Shown here in pieces: positions 59,917 through 64,000 of a stretch of DNA of 64,000 bases (positions are counted from its first letter, which is position 1; each line of letters starts with the position of its first letter). Source of the DNA: an uncultured delta proteobacterium (GTDB lineage Bacteria > Desulfobacterota > Binatia > DP-6). The notes under the pieces were generated by a model, which saw only the letters and a program-made list of their open reading frames with translations, searched no databases and was not told the DNA's origin. A program made the translations under genes and the position numbers. The stretch is from the NCBI GenBank assembly GCA_963815115.1, contig CAWFFN010000009.1, positions 512,001-576,000 of the forward strand, given 5' to 3'.

Positions 59917-61746
59917 TCAGTCGGTCGCGGGACCGTCGACGAAGGCTCCGCTCGGCGAGCCGCCACAGATGACCTTCACGTCGGGTCCGACCTGGAAGAA
60001 CGGCGGGGTCGGCAGCGTTCCAGGCCGCGGGTCGCCGGCCAGCAGCAATCCTTCGTCTGCTGCCTCGACGTTGGTCCAGGCCGGTCCGCCGGTGAGCATG
60101 CCGTTGATCCAGTCGACCAGCAGCGGCACGCCACCGGTCGTATCGGTGTAGACCTTCGGGAAGTACCACATGGTGTGCCGCGAGCCGGTGCCGATGTAGT
60201 AGCGGTAGTTCGAGGGAACGGATGCGGCCAGGTCGAGGTCCTGCTCGCGCATCTTCTCGTTGAAGGCGCAGCTGCCGTCCCACCAGGTCAGCGCCGCGAG
60301 CGGGTTATTGTCGTTCAGCATGACGTTGTAGAAGCCCGTCTGCCCGCCCGAGCCGCCGTCGAACGCGGTGGCGTACTGTGCCCAGCGCGTCTGCGGGAAG
60401 AAGCTGGTGACCGCTTTGGTGTATCCGACGATCCCGGTGCCGGTGGTGATCGACTCGATGACGCCGGGGATGGTGGGCGGGATGTTCTTGACGAAATCCC
60501 AGTGGGCGAAGTCGTTCTGCAGGAAGTCCTGCGTGATCACGCCGTTGCCCGCGTCGGCCAGGACCTGGAACTGCGAGGCCGGCCACACCAGCTCGTGCAG
60601 GGGGGCGTTGAACCACGCACCGTAGGCGCCGGCGCTCGAGCCCGTGACGAAGACCTGGTCGGGGTTCACGAAGTGCTCGCGCGCCCACTTCTCGGCGGTG
60701 CGGGAGTTCTGGTAGCCGCGGTGCTCGATGTGCAACGTCGGCGAGTAGTCCTGTGCAGCGTCGCCGAAGTGCACGTCACAGCTGCAGTAGGGCACGAAGA
60801 CGATGTTCCAGTCGCGGAACGGGTTCTGCGGGTTGCTGAGATCGAAGAAGCCGACCGGCGTGTTGTTCGGATTGTCGCCGCCGGTCGGGTCGACGCTGGG
60901 GTCGCATACGGGGACCCCGCAGGTGAGGGCATCCCAGCAGGCGCCACCACCCTGGTAGTACATGAGGAGCTTGTTCACCGACCCCCGCTTCACGAAGAAC
61001 TGATACGGCGTGCCGTGAATGCACTCGGGCGTGAGAGCTTGGCCGAGGTACGGGGTCGTGCCGGTCGGCGAGATCGTGGTGAACTGCGCGTCGTCGACGT
61101 TGGGAGACACGGTCGTCGCGGTGACCACGGCGTCGGTGAGGCCGTCGACCAGTCCCTCGAGCCCGCCGGCCGTCGCCGCGGTGGGGCAGCCCTTCTGCCG
61201 GATGCGGTCGAAGGCGGTGCTGAAGTGCGTGCTCGCCTTCGCCTGCGCGGCGTCGCGCTTGGTGCCCGAGGGGTCCTTCTCGAGCGCGCGGATGTACTTG
61301 CCCTCGAGCCCGAGGAGCTTGGCGCACTTCTTCCCGCCCGCGTCGAGCAGGAGCCCGCCGCAGCGCGCGTCACTCGCGCTGCCGAGGTCGAGCCCGTCGT
61401 TCACGGCACCCACGATGGCGCCGATCGCGGAATCGGCGAGATCGGTCGCGGCGGTTGCCGACAGCGTCGTGTCGGCACAGTCCACGCTGGAGCCGTTGGC
61501 CTTCGCCTCGGCCTTTCCCCAGGTACGCGTCAGCCCGCTCGCCGCCGTCGCCAGCTTGGCGTCGCGGCGGGCGGCGTCCTGGTCGCGCTCCCAGCGGCTC
61601 CACGCCTTGAGCGCCTGCTTGCAGTAGGCGCCGGCGGCAGCCTGCTTGGTGCTCACGCAAGTGTTCACCGGATAGGGCCGGGCGCCGGCCGGCGCGGCCA
61701 CAACGGGCGCCAGCGCGAGCCCGAGCAGCGCAAAGGTCTTCGTCAT
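59917..61746 (-). CDS. Secreted pectinacetylesterase-family hydrolase with N-terminal Cys/Lys helical repeats
   Basis: Signal peptide; YQGGGACWD..TC, NPF.DWN.VFVPYC..DVH.G and TGSSAGAYG. Confidence 0.85.
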   Translation of the reverse strand: MTKTFALLGLALAPVVAAPAGARPYPVNTCVSTKQAAAGAYCKQALKAWSRWERDQDAARRDAKLATAASGLTRTWGKAEAKANGSSVDCADTTLSATAATDLADSAIGAIVGAVNDGLDLGSASDARCGGLLLDAGGKKCAKLLGLEGKYIRALEKDPSGTKRDAAQAKASTHFSTAFDRIRQKGCPTAATAGGLEGLVDGLTDAVVTATTVSPNVDDAQFTTISPTGTTPYLGQALTPECIHGTPYQFFVKRGSVNKLLMYYQGGGACWDALTCGVPVCDPSVDPTGGDNPNNTPVGFFDLSNPQNPFRDWNIVFVPYCSCDVHFGDAAQDYSPTLHIEHRGYQNSRTAEKWAREHFVNPDQVFVTGSSAGAYGAWFNAPLHELVWPASQFQVLADAGNGVITQDFLQNDFAHWDFVKNIPPTIPGVIESITTGTGIVGYTKAVTSFFPQTRWAQYATAFDGGSGGQTGFYNVMLNDNNPLAALTWWDGSCAFNEKMREQDLDLAASVPSNYRYYIGTGSRHTMWYFPKVYTDTTGGVPLLVDWINGMLTGGPAWTNVEAADEGLLLAGDPRPGTLPTPPFFQVGPDVKVICGGSPSGAFVDGPATD

Positions 61747-61795
61747 GTCGATCGTCCCCCCTGGTCGATGGTTGTTCCGCTGAAGATGCTCATCG

Positions 61796-61825
61796 AACGT
61801 AGGGGGCCGGCTCCCTCGGCGTCAA
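61796..61825 (-). promoter_or_regulatory. Possible sigma70 promoter
   Basis: TTGACG-18 bp-TACGTT, preceded by an A-tract. Confidence 0.4.
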
Positions 61826-61865
61826 CCGTTTTTTGCTCCACCCATCCGGAAAGAGCGCCCAGCGG

Positions 61866-62318
61866 TCAGCGCCGGCGGTCGCTCAGCTGCAAGGCCAGGA
61901 AGCCGGCAATGGATGCGAGACAGAAGAGGTGGCCATGGAAGATCGCACGTGCCAGGCCGGTCCGCACCGCTGGCGGATCGGAGCTCGTGCCGAGACGGAC
62001 CGCGTCCGGGAACACCCGCACGAAGGCGAGAGCTACCGGGGCTGCCACCAGCACGAAGGCCAGGACGTCTCGCCCGCGCGACTCGCGACGGCGCAGCACC
62101 TGAACGAGGGCGCCGCCCACCGCGATCGCCATCACGGTCCCGATCGCCGCGCCGAGGGGCCAGGCTCCGGTCGTCACCCGGGCGTAGTATGCGGCGATCG
62201 AGGCCAGAACCGGCTCGGGCAGCGTCGTCGCTCCGCCCAGCGCCTGGAAGTCGAACATGAGGTCCATCCAGAGGACGGCCAGCAGGAAGCCCGCGCAGGC
62301 GGCCAGGAGGCGGGACAT
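61866..62318 (-). CDS. Hypothetical 4-TM membrane protein
   Basis: GFLLAVLWMDLMFD.Q...SIAAYY.RVT; four hydrophobic segments. Confidence 0.75.
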   Translation of the reverse strand: MSRLLAACAGFLLAVLWMDLMFDFQALGGATTLPEPVLASIAAYYARVTTGAWPLGAAIGTVMAIAVGGALVQVLRRRESRGRDVLAFVLVAAPVALAFVRVFPDAVRLGTSSDPPAVRTGLARAIFHGHLFCLASIAGFLALQLSDRRR

Positions 62319-62488
62319 CGGAGCCCCATATCGTACATGCCCGCGTGCGCTCCAGGTCGGCGCGACGCTCGGCGTCAGGCGGCCTTTTGGGGCCTTTTGG
62401 GGGGTTGTCCATCCGTGCCAGCCGTGATGACATTCCTGCATCGGGGTTGGGAGCGCGAAGCGCTCGCGTACCCCGGAAGGGAGGCGTC

Positions 62489-62965
62489 ATGCGAAGCCGT
62501 CTTCTCACGGGCGCCGTGGCAGGAGTACTGGGCATCACCGCCCTGGGTGGTGTTGCCGCGGCCGCGCCCGCTGGGCTCAAGCTGGTGGGGCTGCTGAACG
62601 GTCACGAAGAGGTGGACAGCGCGGGCAATCCGGACAACGGCGACCTCGGCGCCGCAGGGTATGTGGTCGCGACGGTCGATGGTGCCAAGCGGCAGGTGTG
62701 CGTCACCGAGTTCCAGACGGGCGGGATCACCGGAACGGTCTTCCTGTTCCACATCCACCAGGCGCCCGCCGGCCAGAACGGCAACATCGTCGTCGATTTC
62801 GTCCCGCTGCTGCCGTCCGGGATCGGCTGCGTCACCGTGAACGATCGCCGCCTGTTGAGCGACATCAAGCGAAGCCCGCAGAAGTTCTACTTCAACGTGC
62901 ACAGCATGCCGGACTTCCCGGGCGGGGCCATCCGGGGCCAGATCCGGCACCTGGCACGCAACTAG
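62489..62965 (+). CDS. Secreted CHRD-domain protein
   Basis: L.G.EEV, HIH.APAGQNG.IVV and FYFNVHS..FPGGAIRGQ. Confidence 0.88.
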   Translation: MRSRLLTGAVAGVLGITALGGVAAAAPAGLKLVGLLNGHEEVDSAGNPDNGDLGAAGYVVATVDGAKRQVCVTEFQTGGITGTVFLFHIHQAPAGQNGNIVVDFVPLLPSGIGCVTVNDRRLLSDIKRSPQKFYFNVHSMPDFPGGAIRGQIRHLARN

Positions 62966-62966
62966 G

Positions 62967-64000
62967 TCATCCGACAGCGCCGGCGCTGCGCAGCGGGCGG
63001 CCGCTGGGGGCGGCCGGAGGAGTCACCGTTGCCCTGGTTGCACGGTGGCGGCTCGCAGCGCCGGTGCCTTCCCCCTCCCTGGCAGGCGTGAGTCCGGCGA
63101 CGGCGGCAAGCTCGGCGAGCCCGGTGTCCAGCCGGCCCGCGATGTCGTGCAGCAGGCCGCCGAGATCCCAGTCGGCGGCGATGCAGACGGACAGCCGACC
63201 GACGTAGCTCAGCAGGGCTATGCCGATCCCTTGCTGCTCGAAGAGCGGCAGGTGCGGGTGCACCTCGAGCATCCGCGATCCCGCGAGAAACAGCGGCACG
63301 CTCGGTCCGGGGACGTTGGTGACGATGAGGTTGTAGATGCGGGCCGATGCGATGAGCCGCGCGGCGGATTCGACCACGGCCCCGCCGGCCCAGTTCGCGG
63401 CCTCGGCGATCACCGAGCCACCGGCCGCCTGCCCGCCGCTCTTGAGCTCCTCCGTCGTGGCGTGAATGGTCTCGAACCGCGCGCGAGGGTCGGGATCGTT
63501 CACCGGAAGGGGGACGAGCCAGAGCGACACACGATTGCCCGGCGTGCCGAACTCCTCGGCGGTGCGGACGCTCACCGGGACCAGCGCGCGCAGCGGCCCC
63601 GCCGGGACGGCTTCGCCCGCGGCCCGGAGCGCCGTCCCGAGTGCGCCGCTCACCACGGTGAGCACGACGTCGTTCACGGTGCCGCCGAGACGACGGGCGG
63701 TCGCCTTCACGATCGCGAGGTCGAAATGGCGCCACGTGACCTCGCGGTGCGGCCCGATCGGACGATTGAAATACACCTCCGGAGCCGCGGACATGCCGGT
63801 GCGGAGGAGCCGCCAGAGACTTCGGCCGGCCGCGCCGACGCGGCTGGTCCCACCGAGAGGATCCGCGAGCACGCGGCGCACTGCGCGGCCGATCTCGACG
63901 GTTGCGCGCATTCGTCGCGCCGCCTCGTCGAGCAACAGCTCGCCGGAGGTGGGCGCCGGCCGGGGCTGCCACCCGACCGGCTCGTCGCGTGACGGCGTCG
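62967..64000 (-). CDS. Wax ester synthase/diacylglycerol acyltransferase (3' part; start outside the window)
   Basis: FN.PIGPHR, GGTVNDVVL, LVPVSVR, GNRVS, NLIVTNVPGP..PL and IALLSY.G. Confidence 0.88.
   Translation of the reverse strand, partial: TPSRDEPVGWQPRPAPTSGELLLDEAARRMRATVEIGRAVRRVLADPLGGTSRVGAAGRSLWRLLRTGMSAAPEVYFNRPIGPHREVTWRHFDLAIVKATARRLGGTVNDVVLTVVSGALGTALRAAGEAVPAGPLRALVPVSVRTAEEFGTPGNRVSLWLVPLPVNDPDPRARFETIHATTEELKSGGQAAGGSVIAEAANWAGGAVVESAARLIASARIYNLIVTNVPGPSVPLFLAGSRMLEVHPHLPLFEQQGIGIALLSYVGRLSVCIAADWDLGGLLHDIAGRLDTGLAELAAVAGLTPAREGEGTGAASRHRATRATVTPPAAPSGRPLRSAGAVG

Noticed and set aside
62381-62400. GGCCTTTTGG direct repeat
   Set aside because: Only two copies in a divergent promoter region; not enough to assign a function.

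Overview
High-GC bacterial DNA. The many Cys- and Thr-rich secreted proteins are reminiscent of Candidatus Binatia or other deltaproteobacteria-like genomes, but this is inference only. The highlight is a tightly coupled 10-gene minus-strand operon (15742->7811) encoding two different ubiquitin-like conjugation modules around a divergent ARC/Mpa-type proteasomal AAA+ ATPase. Gene order: FHA-like/RING (E3-like), Zn-E1, UBC-type E2, unknown protein, Ubl, JAB, ARC/Mpa-like ATPase, Ubl::E2-like fusion, JAB, ThiF E1. Upstream lie a LytTR-like gene, an HTH regulator and a phased palindromic repeat array. The rest of the window contains: GH63/GH15/glucose dehydrogenase genes, a DedA-flavoprotein reductase fusion, plsB and HAD-plsC, an IS630 inserted at a CTAG stop codon, a frameshifted TIR-TM-WD40 gene, a cyclase-STAND gene, polB, a VapBC-type pair, amtB behind a sigma54 promoter, a 306-bp CTAG-bounded palindromic element, three tandem secreted-protein genes each with a sigma54 box directly ahead of the start codon, a yqjDEK-like cluster, and several metabolic genes. 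All calls come from motif recognition by eye; no database searches were run.
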